DNA of 64,000 nt from an uncultured bacterium (GTDB taxonomy: Bacteria; Patescibacteriota; Minisyncoccia; Phycocordibacterales; PALSA-1337), in the NCBI GenBank assembly GCA_963848635.1, contig CAWKEA010000002.1, forward strand, positions 13,464 to 77,463, given 5' to 3'. A program made the translations under genes and the position numbers. The notes under the pieces were generated by a model that was not told the origin of the DNA, did not search any database, and saw only the letters and a list, made by a program, of their open reading frames with translations. Below, piece by piece: positions 30,319-38,768 of the stretch (position 1 is its first letter; every line of letters starts with the position of its first letter).

Positions 30319-30903
30319 TCACTTTTTCTTTTTAAAAAGAAAAACCGAGAGAACTATAGCGACAATCACGCCGAGGATGATGTAGTCCGTTATATTGAAA
30401 AGACCGGTGAAATCTTGCCAATGAATGCCAAGAAAATAACCCACATAGAGAAGACTGCCGTCAGAAACCAGGTTGCCTATGCAATCAAAGAAAAGAAAAA
30501 CAGTCACAGAAACACCGCTGAAGCCGCAGAGAAGATTCGTCAGTATATCCGTAGTTCCGGCGAACCTCGTCAAGAATATAGCCGATCCCGGATGCTTGTG
30601 CAAAAAAGCCTCAAGGCGCTCCATCCATGCGGGCACATGGATATGCATGATGCCGAAGGCCTTGCGCCCATATCTTTTTGCTATGAGATAGCCCGTATAA
30701 TCGCCGAGCATATTCGCTCCAACGATGACAGCGAGAGAGACGAAGAAATTGAAATAGCCCTGGCTCCCAAAAGCGCCGGTCGCCAAAAGAACCGTGCTTG
30801 TCGGCACCGGCAGGATGAGGCCTGAAAAGAAAAATACGGCGACGAGCGCCCAGTATTTGTACAGGAGGAGAGACGAAAGCAGGAATGATACGATCGTGCT
30901 CAT
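30319..30903 (-). CDS. DedA/TVP38 family membrane protein
   Basis: The VTT-domain motif LPVPTSTVLLATGAF ... GR. Confidence 0.8.
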   Translation of the reverse strand: MSTIVSFLLSSLLLYKYWALVAVFFFSGLILPVPTSTVLLATGAFGSQGYFNFFVSLAVIVGANMLGDYTGYLIAKRYGRKAFGIMHIHVPAWMERLEAFLHKHPGSAIFLTRFAGTTDILTNLLCGFSGVSVTVFLFFDCIGNLVSDGSLLYVGYFLGIHWQDFTGLFNITDYIILGVIVAIVLSVFLFKKKK

Positions 30904-31307
30904 TATTCGGCTTTTGGATAGTTGGCAATCGCCGCCTGCACTTTTATGAGAGCATCGTTCAAAGGCAATCCGACATCCTTTGCATATTCGATCACGGTCA
31001 AATTAGGATAGCGATTGTCGGTTATGCCAAGAACCGTCTCGAGATACGCCGTCGGCAACAAAAAGGCTCTGTTCATATAGCTGAACGTCATCCAGCTTTC
31101 TGTCGAACTGGCATCAGCGGCCGTGAGCGGACCAGAGCCGTGGAGCGATCTAAAGAACGACTGACGATGTGTTGAGATATAATCGAGGCGCTGGATGTGC
31201 CGATACTCTTGTATGAACAAAGCCGAGAGTATGATCACCAAAAGAACAGCGACCGCGAGAGCGATCTTGATCGCGAGATGATGTCTACGATGAGAAGGTG
31301 TGTTCAT
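30903..31307 (-). CDS. Hypothetical membrane protein
   Basis: 134-aa ORF with an N-terminal TM helix. The repeat element R0 lies about 100 bp upstream. Confidence 0.4.
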   Translation of the reverse strand: MNTPSHRRHHLAIKIALAVAVLLVIILSALFIQEYRHIQRLDYISTHRQSFFRSLHGSGPLTAADASSTESWMTFSYMNRAFLLPTAYLETVLGITDNRYPNLTVIEYAKDVGLPLNDALIKVQAAIANYPKAE

Positions 31308-31412
31308 CTTTGTACATCTATTAGAATACCATCTGACCGTATTTTTTGCTCGATTGGAGTCTTCTTTTTACCATCCGAGAGCAAAACTTGATTTTGTATT
31401 TCTACCAAGTTG

Positions 31413-31444
31413 GCTGGCTGTGTGGGATTATCCGAACTAATTTA
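31413..31444. repeat. Intergenic repeat copy R0 (GCTGGCtGTgTGGGAttATCCGAACtaATTTA), diverged
   Basis: Aligns with R1-R3 (see 33155, 34206, 35047). Confidence 0.55.
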
Positions 31445-31467
31445 AACCACTAAATAAACAACAACCC

Positions 31468-31497
31468 CCCTAAGCCGAATTGCTTAAGGGGGGGTGG
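31468..31497 (-). terminator. Strong hairpin terminator (CCCCCCTAAG-ccgaattg-CTTAAGGGGGGG) downstream of the minus-strand gene 31506-31880
   Basis: A 10-bp GC-rich stem. A T-rich tract follows on the minus strand. Confidence 0.6.
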
Positions 31498-31505
31498 AAC
31501 CGAGT

Positions 31506-31880
31506 TCAGTATCTTGCATCAACGGAGCTAAGTACGCCATCTTCAAACATGACCTGCCATGCGAACAAAACTTTGGAGCCTTTGTATATGAATATGTCCA
31601 CAGCAGGAGTACATTGTCCCAAACACATGATGGACACTGTCATGCGTTGACCATGGCTAAGCGCCGCAAGTAAGGAAACAGCCGCATATTGGTGATAATC
31701 GAAATATTCACTCATTGACTTGTACTGGGTGTACTTTTCCAAAACCTCCGGGTCGCTCATGGCGTACTTTATCAAGTCGGTTGGGAATTGAATGATGGGC
31801 ACGAACTGCGCTGCTGAATCCTTCTGTTCCATCAACTCGCGTGCCTCAGCACTTATCGTCTGACTAATTCTCTTTATCAT
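31506..31880 (-). CDS. Hypothetical protein (124 aa)
   Basis: ORF only. Confidence 0.4.
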   Translation of the reverse strand: MIKRISQTISAEARELMEQKDSAAQFVPIIQFPTDLIKYAMSDPEVLEKYTQYKSMSEYFDYHQYAAVSLLAALSHGQRMTVSIMCLGQCTPAVDIFIYKGSKVLFAWQVMFEDGVLSSVDARY

Positions 31881-31917
31881 ATCGTGATTTTCCTTTCAGG
31901 TTTGGCTCACTACGGCC

Positions 31918-33119
31918 GATTTTTTGTTTTAATAGAGCAACTCACACAAGGGCAACTAGAACTTAAGTTTTAATAATTCTCGAGGAATATTTTGATATAA
32001 TTTGCACATGAAAAAAAGAAACAAAAAAGACTCACAAATTGTGACCGTCATGAGATTCATATATTAATCAGAAAGGGATATACTCAAAGTGAGATTGCTG
32101 ACAGAATTGGAGTAACACAAGGTGCGATCTCATATGAAATCAATCAGAAGACAAGAGATGATCGTTTGTACGATTCAGAATACTCAAGACACGTCACATA
32201 CGTTCGTAAGCATCACAAACGTACTCGTGGCAATACGATTGCAGAACACCCAGATCTTCGAAAGACAGTAACCGAATATCTAATGGACGACCAATCACCA
32301 GAACTGCTCTCTGGAAGGCTTAGAAAGCTTCATGCAGATATTCCATACGTATCAGGCAGAACGATCCGTAAATTCATCAAAAGTCCATATGGAAGAAGAA
32401 TCGAAGCAAAGAGAAACAAAATCCACAGAAGAAGAGGTAAAAGAAGGTTGAAATTTGAAATCACTAACAAACGTATGATCGACAAAAGACCAAAGTATAT
32501 CAAGGACAGAAAGAGAATCGGTGATACCGAGGGTGACTTCATTGCTTCAGGTAAAACTGGTCTGGGTATGCTTCTAGTTGTAACTGACAGAAAGAGTCGT
32601 GCACCATTCCTTGAGAAGATATGTCCTGTATCAATCAGGACGATGGAAAATGGTTTCAGAAGAATCAAAAGACGTTTTCCTGAGTTAAAAACAGTAACTC
32701 TCGACAATGATATCTTGTTCATCCACCACAAAGAGCTCGAGAGGAAATTCCATATCAAAATCTACTTCTGTCACAAGCACTCACCTTGGGAAAAACCACT
32801 AGTGGAGAACAGAAACAAACTGATTAGAAGATACATTCCTAAAGGATCTGACATTTCAAGATATACACGCTATTACATTCAAAAATTGGAAGCAAAATTG
32901 CAGAGACGCATCATGAAATGTTTAGACTACAAATTACCCAAGGAAATACTCGAAGAACATCGTAAACGAAAAAAGAAGCCCTAATCGCTTCCTTTCTGTT
33001 AGATTTTCCTTCTTAGAAAAATATTAAAACGTGGGGTGTGGGTGCCAAGATACTCTATTTTTATTATATACAATATATAGTATTTAGTCAAATTTTATAT
33101 TTTTAACAAAAGAAATCGA
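31918..33119 (+). mobile_element. IS30-family insertion sequence (about 1.2 kb) with imperfect terminal inverted repeats (CGATTTTTTGTTTTAATAG / CGATTTCTTTTGTTAAAAAT)
   Basis: Contains an IS30 DDE transposase. The candidate TIRs lie at 31918-31937 and 33099-33119. The boundaries are approximate. Confidence 0.6.
31996..32984 (+). CDS. IS30-family DDE transposase, with an N-terminal frameshift in an A-run at about 32010-32020
   Basis: An HTH (LIRKGYTQSEIADRIGVTQGAISYEIN) and a DDE domain (GDTEGDF ... LDND ... HSPWEKPLVENRNKLIRRYIPKGSDIS). MKKRNKK at 31996 is in the +1 frame relative to the rest. Confidence 0.75.
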
Positions 33120-33154
33120 TGTACCGTGTCCACTTTATGGGGTACAGATCATTG

Positions 33155-33188
33155 GCTGGCCGTCTGGGACAATATCCGAACGGATTTA
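33155..33188. repeat. Intergenic repeat copy R1 (GCTGGCCGTCTGGGACAATATCCGAACGGATTTA), now separated from any downstream gene by the IS30
   Basis: Identical core to R2. Contains the 12-bp palindrome ATCCGAACGGAT. Confidence 0.6.
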
Positions 33189-33200
33189 TGTTGTTAAAGA

Positions 33201-34187
33201 CTAACTAGCGCTCTTTTCGCCCATTTCCCTGAACGAACCTTTGCCGTAGGTCTTTTCAATCAAACGTGCTACCGGCAACAGTCCACCGTTCATTGTTGCT
33301 GATACGAAAAGATCAAAGATCTCTTCTTTTGATTTAAATTCAGATCTGTTTTTTTCGAACAGATCATCGACAAGCGACCAGAGCTGTTTTCGAGCTCCAC
33401 GATAACCATAGCTGATCAAGTCACTGCTCAACGAGTCTGCATTCTTTCTCACAGTTCCGATTTCTTTTTTGAGCTCTTCTATTGGGATATTATCGCGATT
33501 AGATAGATGCAAGATTGCTTCATCACTCTCTTTTATCTCTTTGGCGAGCTCTGGCCACTCAGAAAAATAGGCGTGCTCAAAACGAATCATAAGTTCGGTT
33601 ATGATTGCCTCGTTGATCTCATTGAAGAATAATTTCTTTTCATCCATAGCTCTGATCGAAAAGCCGCTTCTACGAGGGGCAAGTCCGGCTTTCTCGTCAT
33701 CCTTTATTAAACCTATCTCAGCGTCCTCGGCCGAAGTCTTTTGAAAAGAGTTAAAGCTTTCCATATGGAGCATCTCGTGGACAAGAGTTTGTATCATCAA
33801 TAGCTTGTTGCCATCCTCATAATCCCTAAATAAAACGATGCCCTGCTGATTAGGCATATATAAGCCTGGGTTATTTTTATATAGTTCCTCGAATTTTTTC
33901 TTTTGCTCGGCGTCAAGCTTTGATTTGTCCAACATGTGGACGTTCGGTGGAGGTATCTCTATCGATGTGACTCCATATTGTTCAAGGAAATCAGCCATCT
34001 TATCATTAATGCGAACAATGAGATTTTCCAGTTCAGTCGGTTTCTCTTTTTCATGAGCGTCAACTTGATTATGTTCGAATATGTCTTTGAAATAATCAAG
34101 GAGCTTCTGTTCATCCTTCTCATCAAAACCGACCACACGAGACACAGCAGATTCTCTTTGATCCATTGGTATTTTTTCCATGTTCAT
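33201..34187 (-). CDS. Hypothetical protein with an HEXXH motif (QTLVHEMLHMESF); possible metallopeptidase-like
   Basis: 328 aa, AT-rich gene. The motif was seen directly. No family assigned. Confidence 0.45.
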   Translation of the reverse strand: MNMEKIPMDQRESAVSRVVGFDEKDEQKLLDYFKDIFEHNQVDAHEKEKPTELENLIVRINDKMADFLEQYGVTSIEIPPPNVHMLDKSKLDAEQKKKFEELYKNNPGLYMPNQQGIVLFRDYEDGNKLLMIQTLVHEMLHMESFNSFQKTSAEDAEIGLIKDDEKAGLAPRRSGFSIRAMDEKKLFFNEINEAIITELMIRFEHAYFSEWPELAKEIKESDEAILHLSNRDNIPIEELKKEIGTVRKNADSLSSDLISYGYRGARKQLWSLVDDLFEKNRSEFKSKEEIFDLFVSATMNGGLLPVARLIEKTYGKGSFREMGEKSAS

Positions 34188-34205
34188 ATTGTACCAAAAT
34201 TACGA

Positions 34206-34239
34206 GCTGGCCGTCTGGGACAATATCCGAACGGATTTA
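34206..34239. repeat. Intergenic repeat copy R2, 15-25 bp upstream of the start of gene 33201-34187 with a TGgTACAAT extended -10-like box in between
   Basis: GCTGGCCGTCTGGGACAATATCCGAACGGATTTA. Confidence 0.6.
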
Positions 34240-34275
34240 AGCCATTAATAATGACGTGGATCGAAGTTAAAACCA

Positions 34276-35022
34276 TCAAAGACCGAACAAAAGCTTAACA
34301 CCAAGTACTCCTCCGATGACAGCAAACATTATTTTTATAAATTTATTGCCTTTATATTTACCATATCGAGAACCCAAGTATCCGCCTAGAACTGACCCGA
34401 TGACAGTTGGAATCATCACCACCCAACTAAAGTAGCCTTTTGAAAGAAATATAACCACAGCAAATATTTCCCAAATAAAAGCAATGGAGTAGTAATAGCC
34501 TAGGGCATCGATAAAGTCGAATCCTTTTGTTTGAAAGGTTACGATCGAAAATAATATGCCATTACCTGAGCCGAAAAAACTTTCGTAGAATCCGAGAACT
34601 AACGCGAATATATATGAGACTGACTGTCTGAATTTTGAATATACCTTTTTCTCGACTATTCCGACATCCCTTTTAATAAGAACGTAAGCGACCAAACACA
34701 ATATCAGTATACCAATGATTACTCCTGCAACTCTTTGATGTATCGCAAATACAACAAGAGTTCCGATATATACGCCGACAAGCCCGATCATGCCAAACAA
34801 GATGAGAAATCTCCAATCAACTTTTCTGCCTTTAAGGTAATTACGAGATGCTGGCAAAACCCAGAACATAGAGCTTACTTTTTGAGCGGCGGTTGCAAGA
34901 GGAAATGAGATGCCAAGAGCCAGCATCACAGGAATGTTTATCACTGATGCCCCACCACCAGACATGGAGCTTAATGCTGTAGCAATAAATGAAGTAACGA
35001 GGATAATGATAAAATTCAACAT
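34276..35022 (-). CDS. Sulfite exporter TauE/SafE family membrane protein
   Basis: An 8-TM duplicated-4TM architecture with GGG..S and GxGGG motifs typical of TauE/SafE. Confidence 0.75.
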   Translation of the reverse strand: MLNFIIILVTSFIATALSSMSGGGASVINIPVMLALGISFPLATAAQKVSSMFWVLPASRNYLKGRKVDWRFLILFGMIGLVGVYIGTLVVFAIHQRVAGVIIGILILCLVAYVLIKRDVGIVEKKVYSKFRQSVSYIFALVLGFYESFFGSGNGILFSIVTFQTKGFDFIDALGYYYSIAFIWEIFAVVIFLSKGYFSWVVMIPTVIGSVLGGYLGSRYGKYKGNKFIKIMFAVIGGVLGVKLLFGL

Positions 35023-35040
35023 AAATGAATTATAGCAAAA

Positions 35041-35712
35041 TTACGTGCTGGCCGGATGGGACAGTATCCGAACAGTTTTACGCCCATTTATCATATGATA
35101 TGATGTTAGAATGAATATTCTAACGAAGGATGTCAAATTTCTTACGAAATCTGTCGATGACCTACAAAAGGATAATTGGCTTCTGATACAAAAAGACCAA
35201 AGCTTCGATCTTAAATCAAAAGACGGTTTACTCGGCACGATGTTTATTAAAAAAGAAGGCGGTTCGACCATTTCGAAACCACGCACAACCTCGTGCAACG
35301 ATTTAAACTTATTTCTATTGAGACTATGTCCGCCGGTGTTTTCTTGAGCAAGGTACATTTTAATTCTTTTATCTTTGTCAGAGACGCCTTTGTTAATAAG
35401 GGTTAGATTAGTCAATTTGTTTAGATCTTTGTGATATTCTAATCTCTTAAAATTTTCTTTGACCGGCTCAAAGGCATATACTTTGCCTCTCTTTGCCATA
35501 CTTGCGGCATACGCAGAGAACACCCCGACCTGTGCACCGATATCTATAATGACATCGTTTTCTTTCAGGGAAAAATCTTGTTCCTTATTTATTTTAGGAA
35601 AGTAGTTTTTAGAAAAAAACACTTCATTTAAAATTATTTTTTCCTCAAAGGAACTCAATCTAAAGTTAAGAGTCTTACCTTTTTCGTTTTCTACTTTTAT
35701 TGATTTAAACAT
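35041..35712 (-). CDS. FkbM-family SAM-dependent methyltransferase
   Basis: VIIDIGAQVGVFSAYAA ... KVYAFEP ... LINKGVSDKDKRIKMYL. The C-terminal approximately 40 aa read through repeat R3 and may be an ORF-track extension artefact. Confidence 0.65.
   Translation of the reverse strand: MFKSIKVENEKGKTLNFRLSSFEEKIILNEVFFSKNYFPKINKEQDFSLKENDVIIDIGAQVGVFSAYAASMAKRGKVYAFEPVKENFKRLEYHKDLNKLTNLTLINKGVSDKDKRIKMYLAQENTGGHSLNRNKFKSLHEVVRGFEMVEPPSFLINIVPSKPSFDLRSKLWSFCIRSQLSFCRSSTDFVRNLTSFVRIFILTSYHMINGRKTVRILSHPAST
35047..35080. repeat. Intergenic repeat copy R3 (GCTGGCCGgaTGGGACAgTATCCGAACaGtTTTA), upstream of the TauE gene with a TGcTATAAT box
   Basis: Aligns with R0-R2. Confidence 0.6.
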
Positions 35713-35888
35713 GATGTATATTCTCGATGCATCTTGAGCGACGCTTTGGCTAACCTCCTTGAGCTAGAACCGTGCTCGGCCAAGCCCTGCAAAGCGGTTT
35801 TGATAGATTTCATGATACCACAACGACGCGACTTGAGCGCTTCAAAAAGTGACAAAAGTGACACAGGATGAGGTATAAAAGTTACACG

Positions 35889-36863
35889 CTACTGTCCCAT
35901 TTTCTTGACTTCCGATTTAAGTTTTTCCGCATTGCCATAACCCAATAAACCAAGATATGACTGCACTATTTCCGGCTTACCATGATCCAGTTCCAGTCTT
36001 TTGAACATTCTCTTTTTCGTAACTGTCCTTAGCACGTCATGAACAGGAAAATGTACCCAACCCAAGAAGTCCACTCCTGAAGCAAGTGTCCGAATACTGA
36101 TTTTATTCGGGTGAAGCTCTAATGCTAATTTTTCATGTAGGAAATTTCCAACCTTGACCAAGATCTGTTCTAGCCATGCTTTATCTCTGCTCATGATCAC
36201 GAAATCATCTGCATAGCGGATATAATGTTCCGCCTTTAGATCGTGCTTCATGAACTGGTCGAACTCATTCATATAGACGTTAACCAAGAGTTGCGAGGTT
36301 AGATTACCCAATGGCAATCCTTTGCCTATTGCAGTACTGCTAAAACTGTCAGTCACTCGCCTGATAAGATCAATAACGTCGACATCAGTAATGTATTTTT
36401 TCAGGATTTCTGAAAGAATTTTTTGGCCTATAGAGGCAAAGAATTTCCGTACATCGCATTTCAGGATCCACAATGTCTTAGTATTGTTTTTACTCGCAAT
36501 ATTGGCAAACTCCCTAAAGCGCTTTAACGCACGATGGGTGCCGCGCAATTTTCTACAGGAATATGAATCGTGAATAAAATGAATGTCGAAAAGCGGATAG
36601 AGCTTTCGATAGAGGGCATGGTGAAGAAGCCTGTCGCGCACGGTCGCTTTGTGGATATTCCTCGGCTTCGGGTCGGAAATATTGAAAGCATGATATCCAC
36701 CGTGAGCATAGGTTTTATTTTTGAGATCGGAATGCAGAGCAAAGATGTTGTCAGAAAGCTTGTACTGGAATTCCTGCACGTCTTTCTTGCCTCGTTTTCC
36801 TTTTAGAAATTCTTTCCAAGCTTCAAGCAAATTTTCTAAAGAAATGATATGGTTGTACATCAT
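35889..36863 (-). CDS. Diversity-generating retroelement (DGR) reverse transcriptase
   Basis: RT motifs 1-7 with YADDFVI, plus the DGR-characteristic motif 4 GLPLGNLTSQLLVNVYMNEFD (SQ in place of SP). About 325 aa with no maturase or endonuclease domain. The ORF extends to 36941 across a (CT)n run; the likely start is MMYNH at 36863. Confidence 0.8.
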   Translation of the reverse strand: MMYNHIISLENLLEAWKEFLKGKRGKKDVQEFQYKLSDNIFALHSDLKNKTYAHGGYHAFNISDPKPRNIHKATVRDRLLHHALYRKLYPLFDIHFIHDSYSCRKLRGTHRALKRFREFANIASKNNTKTLWILKCDVRKFFASIGQKILSEILKKYITDVDVIDLIRRVTDSFSSTAIGKGLPLGNLTSQLLVNVYMNEFDQFMKHDLKAEHYIRYADDFVIMSRDKAWLEQILVKVGNFLHEKLALELHPNKISIRTLASGVDFLGWVHFPVHDVLRTVTKKRMFKRLELDHGKPEIVQSYLGLLGYGNAEKLKSEVKKMGQ

Positions 36864-36898
36864 GAATAATTTAAAAACAGAAATAACCGTGGAGCGGA

Positions 36899-37324
36899 AT
36901 GATGGAGAAAAGAGAGAGAGAGAGAGAGAGAGGAAAAACACAGCCGATTAGACTGATTCCCGTCGTACTGAAGTTAAAGGACGCCTACAATATCTGGCAA
37001 AACTACCTTTCAAGTTTTCCGAAAGCTAACCGCTATACGATCGGGTCAAAGATAGACATCCTCTTTCTTGAAGCAATTGAATACGCCTTTCAGGCGAGCT
37101 ATACCCATACTGAGGAAAAGCGGTTGTTGTTGAACAAGAGCATATCCAAAGTTGACCTCGTTAAATTACTCCTGCAACTGTCATGGGAAATCAAAGCTAT
37201 GGACAACAAGAAATACGCTCACTTGGCTGAACGCTTTGCTGAGATTGGTAAGATGCTGGGCGGTTGGAAACGACAGCTTCAAAACAAAACTCCTCCGACG
37301 GAATCAGAGGAGAAACAGCAATAG
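36899..37324 (+). CDS. avd: Avd-like accessory variability determinant (four-helix-bundle / 23S-rRNA-IVS protein family), divergent from the RT
   Basis: 141 aa. The C-terminal half, LVKLLLQLSWEIKAMDNKKYAHLAERFAEIGKMLGGWKR, matches the IVS/Avd helical pattern. The N-terminus carries a poly(ER) stretch from a (GA)9 repeat. Confidence 0.6.
   Translation: MMEKRERERERGKTQPIRLIPVVLKLKDAYNIWQNYLSSFPKANRYTIGSKIDILFLEAIEYAFQASYTHTEEKRLLLNKSISKVDLVKLLLQLSWEIKAMDNKKYAHLAERFAEIGKMLGGWKRQLQNKTPPTESEEKQQ
36911..36930. repeat. (GA)9-10 dinucleotide microsatellite at the divergent RT/avd start region
   Basis: gagagagagagagagagag, seen directly. Confidence 0.8.
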
Positions 37325-37326
37325 TG

Positions 37327-37455
37327 GCGAACACCGAGGAAACGGTAGTTGGCATTCCAGTCATTGTCCCACCAATTGAGGTTCAGGTTGCGCTTGGAAT
37401 CGTTCCTGTTGAGGTACGGAACGTTGCGGTTGCCGTTGACCTTGCCAACGGAGCC
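37327..37455 (-). repeat. DGR template repeat (TR), 129 bp
   Basis: Aligns base-for-base with VR at 37822-37950. All 24 mismatches are positions where TR carries A on the minus strand (T on the plus strand). The TR reading frame is rich in AAC/AAT (Asn) codons. Confidence 0.8.
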
Positions 37456-37800
37456 TTGTGTGAGAAGCCACCCATGCCACTGCCCGCCGATAGCTTCGCG
37501 CAGGCTGTATCGAATCCGTGATCTCATTCACCGATATCATTTACCGGTTGAACATCACTTAGCTTCTCACACCAACTGTCTCTGATTTTTTGGAGAACAC
37601 CCTGCGGCACCCTTCGAAAAGCCATGGCCGTTCAAACTCTCGTCGCAGGGGTTGCGGACAAATTACCTAAAGCCTTGACCTTAGATCTTTCACTTGTCTC
37701 CGACATTATACATTAAAAACTGACATGCAGAAACGGCGTGTGAATTTCTTCACACGCCGTGGACCAAGAGCCCAAGATTCCAAGGGACAAACCCGAGGGA

Positions 37801-38496
37801 TCAAGAAACCAAGGTCTGAGAGACCTTTTTGCGAACACCGAGGAAACGGCAGCAGGCACGCCAGCCAAAGCCCCACCAATAGAGGCGCAGGCCGCGCTCG
37901 GAACCGTCCCCGTCGAGGAACGGAACGTAGCGGTCGCCGTCGACCTCGCCAACGGAGCCCAGACCGACGATCGGGAATTTCCGCTGCTCTTCGGGGTAAT
38001 TGGCCCCAAAGGAGAGGACGTGCTCGATCTTGCCGACTTCGTAACCGGCTTCTTCGATCTGCTTCTTGGCATCCTCGGACGAAATGTCCTTGTCGAAGTG
38101 GAACAGGACGGCTTCGAATTCAACCGTGCCTTTTCCTTCGATCGGGAACCGCTTGGCGGTGATGTCGTCGTTCTTCCAGTCGTAGCGACCGGCGGCGATC
38201 ATCTGCTCGAGCGTCTGACCGTAGTCAACGATGAGCACGATCGGTTCGGACGGAAGCGGGCCGAGGCCGAGAGCCTGCCGGACGGCGAAGCGATTGGTGA
38301 GCGTTGCCTTTTCTTCAAAGACGTCGCTCAGGATTCCGCTGCCGAGAACTGTCTGGAAACGTTCGGGCGTCATGCCCTTCTGTTCCATAAGTTCGATGAG
38401 TTTCTTCGACTGCGCTGATGTATGTGTATTCATGTGGAATATCTCCAGTATGAATGCTGTCTCTTTCGAGGAGCATGTTGTTTTTGTTTCGGACAT
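37801..38496 (-). CDS. DGR target (variable) protein; the C-terminal approximately 43 codons are encoded by VR, a likely C-type-lectin/FGE-like variable fold
   Basis: VR lies 19 bp upstream of the stop. The C-terminus is GEVDGDRYVPFLDGDGSERGLRLYWWGFGWRACCRFLGVRKK, whereas the TR-encoded version is N-rich (NRNVPYLNRNDSKRNLNLNWWDNDWNANYRFLG). The possible true start is M at 38433. Confidence 0.75.
   Translation of the reverse strand: MSETKTTCSSKETAFILEIFHMNTHTSAQSKKLIELMEQKGMTPERFQTVLGSGILSDVFEEKATLTNRFAVRQALGLGPLPSEPIVLIVDYGQTLEQMIAAGRYDWKNDDITAKRFPIEGKGTVEFEAVLFHFDKDISSEDAKKQIEEAGYEVGKIEHVLSFGANYPEEQRKFPIVGLGSVGEVDGDRYVPFLDGDGSERGLRLYWWGFGWRACCRFLGVRKKVSQTLVS
37822..37950 (-). repeat. DGR variable repeat (VR), 129 bp
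   Basis: See TR. 105 of 129 identical, and the differences are confined to TR-adenine positions. The shared 3' segment CCGTTTCCTCGGTGTTCGC (minus sense) is followed by divergent sequence, so it is a candidate IMH. Confidence 0.8.
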
Positions 38497-38684
38497 GCTA
38501 GAGGGCTACCTTATCGCCATAGCGGAGAATGGCCCACTCTGGTGAGCCGCTTTCTGCTATGGCGATGTTCGCAAATAGGTTGGAAATGAGCTGTCGTTTA
38601 TCTGTATGTATTATATCATATACACTATATATGTCAATATATATTACCCCACGAGTGCCTCTTGACACTCGTGCTATCTCGTGT

Positions 38685-38758
38685 TGGCTACGGGACTAGG
38701 ATTCGAACCTAGATACACGGATTCAGAGTCCGTGGTCCTACCATTAGACGATCCCGTA
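38685..38758 (-). tRNA. tRNA-Gln (anticodon CUG), CCA encoded
   Basis: A hand-folded cloverleaf: acceptor TACGGGA/TCCCGTA, D-stem GTCT/GGAC, anticodon stem ACGGA/TCCGT with loop CTCTGAA, and T-arm CTAGG-TTCGAAT-CCTAG, ending G-CCA. Confidence 0.75.
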
Positions 38759-38768
38759 AAGAAGACAA

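Noticed and set aside
31413-35080. Integron cassette array (each ORF followed by an attC-like repeat)
   Set aside because: The repeats lack attC architecture: there is no R''/L''-L'/R' inverted structure and no GTTRRRY core. No intI is present. They sit 15-25 bp upstream of start codons with -10-like boxes, so a regulatory element is the better explanation.
35889-36863. Group II intron or retron reverse transcriptase
   Set aside because: There is no maturase or endonuclease domain and no intron domain V/VI structure. There is no retron msr/msd inverted repeats. The motif-4 SQ signature plus the adjacent TR/VR pair fit a DGR.
37264-37527. Two small ORFs (85 aa on plus, 82 aa on minus) spanning the TR
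   Set aside because: These are the DGR template repeat read as protein, a VR-like frame with Asn codons. It is not an independent gene.
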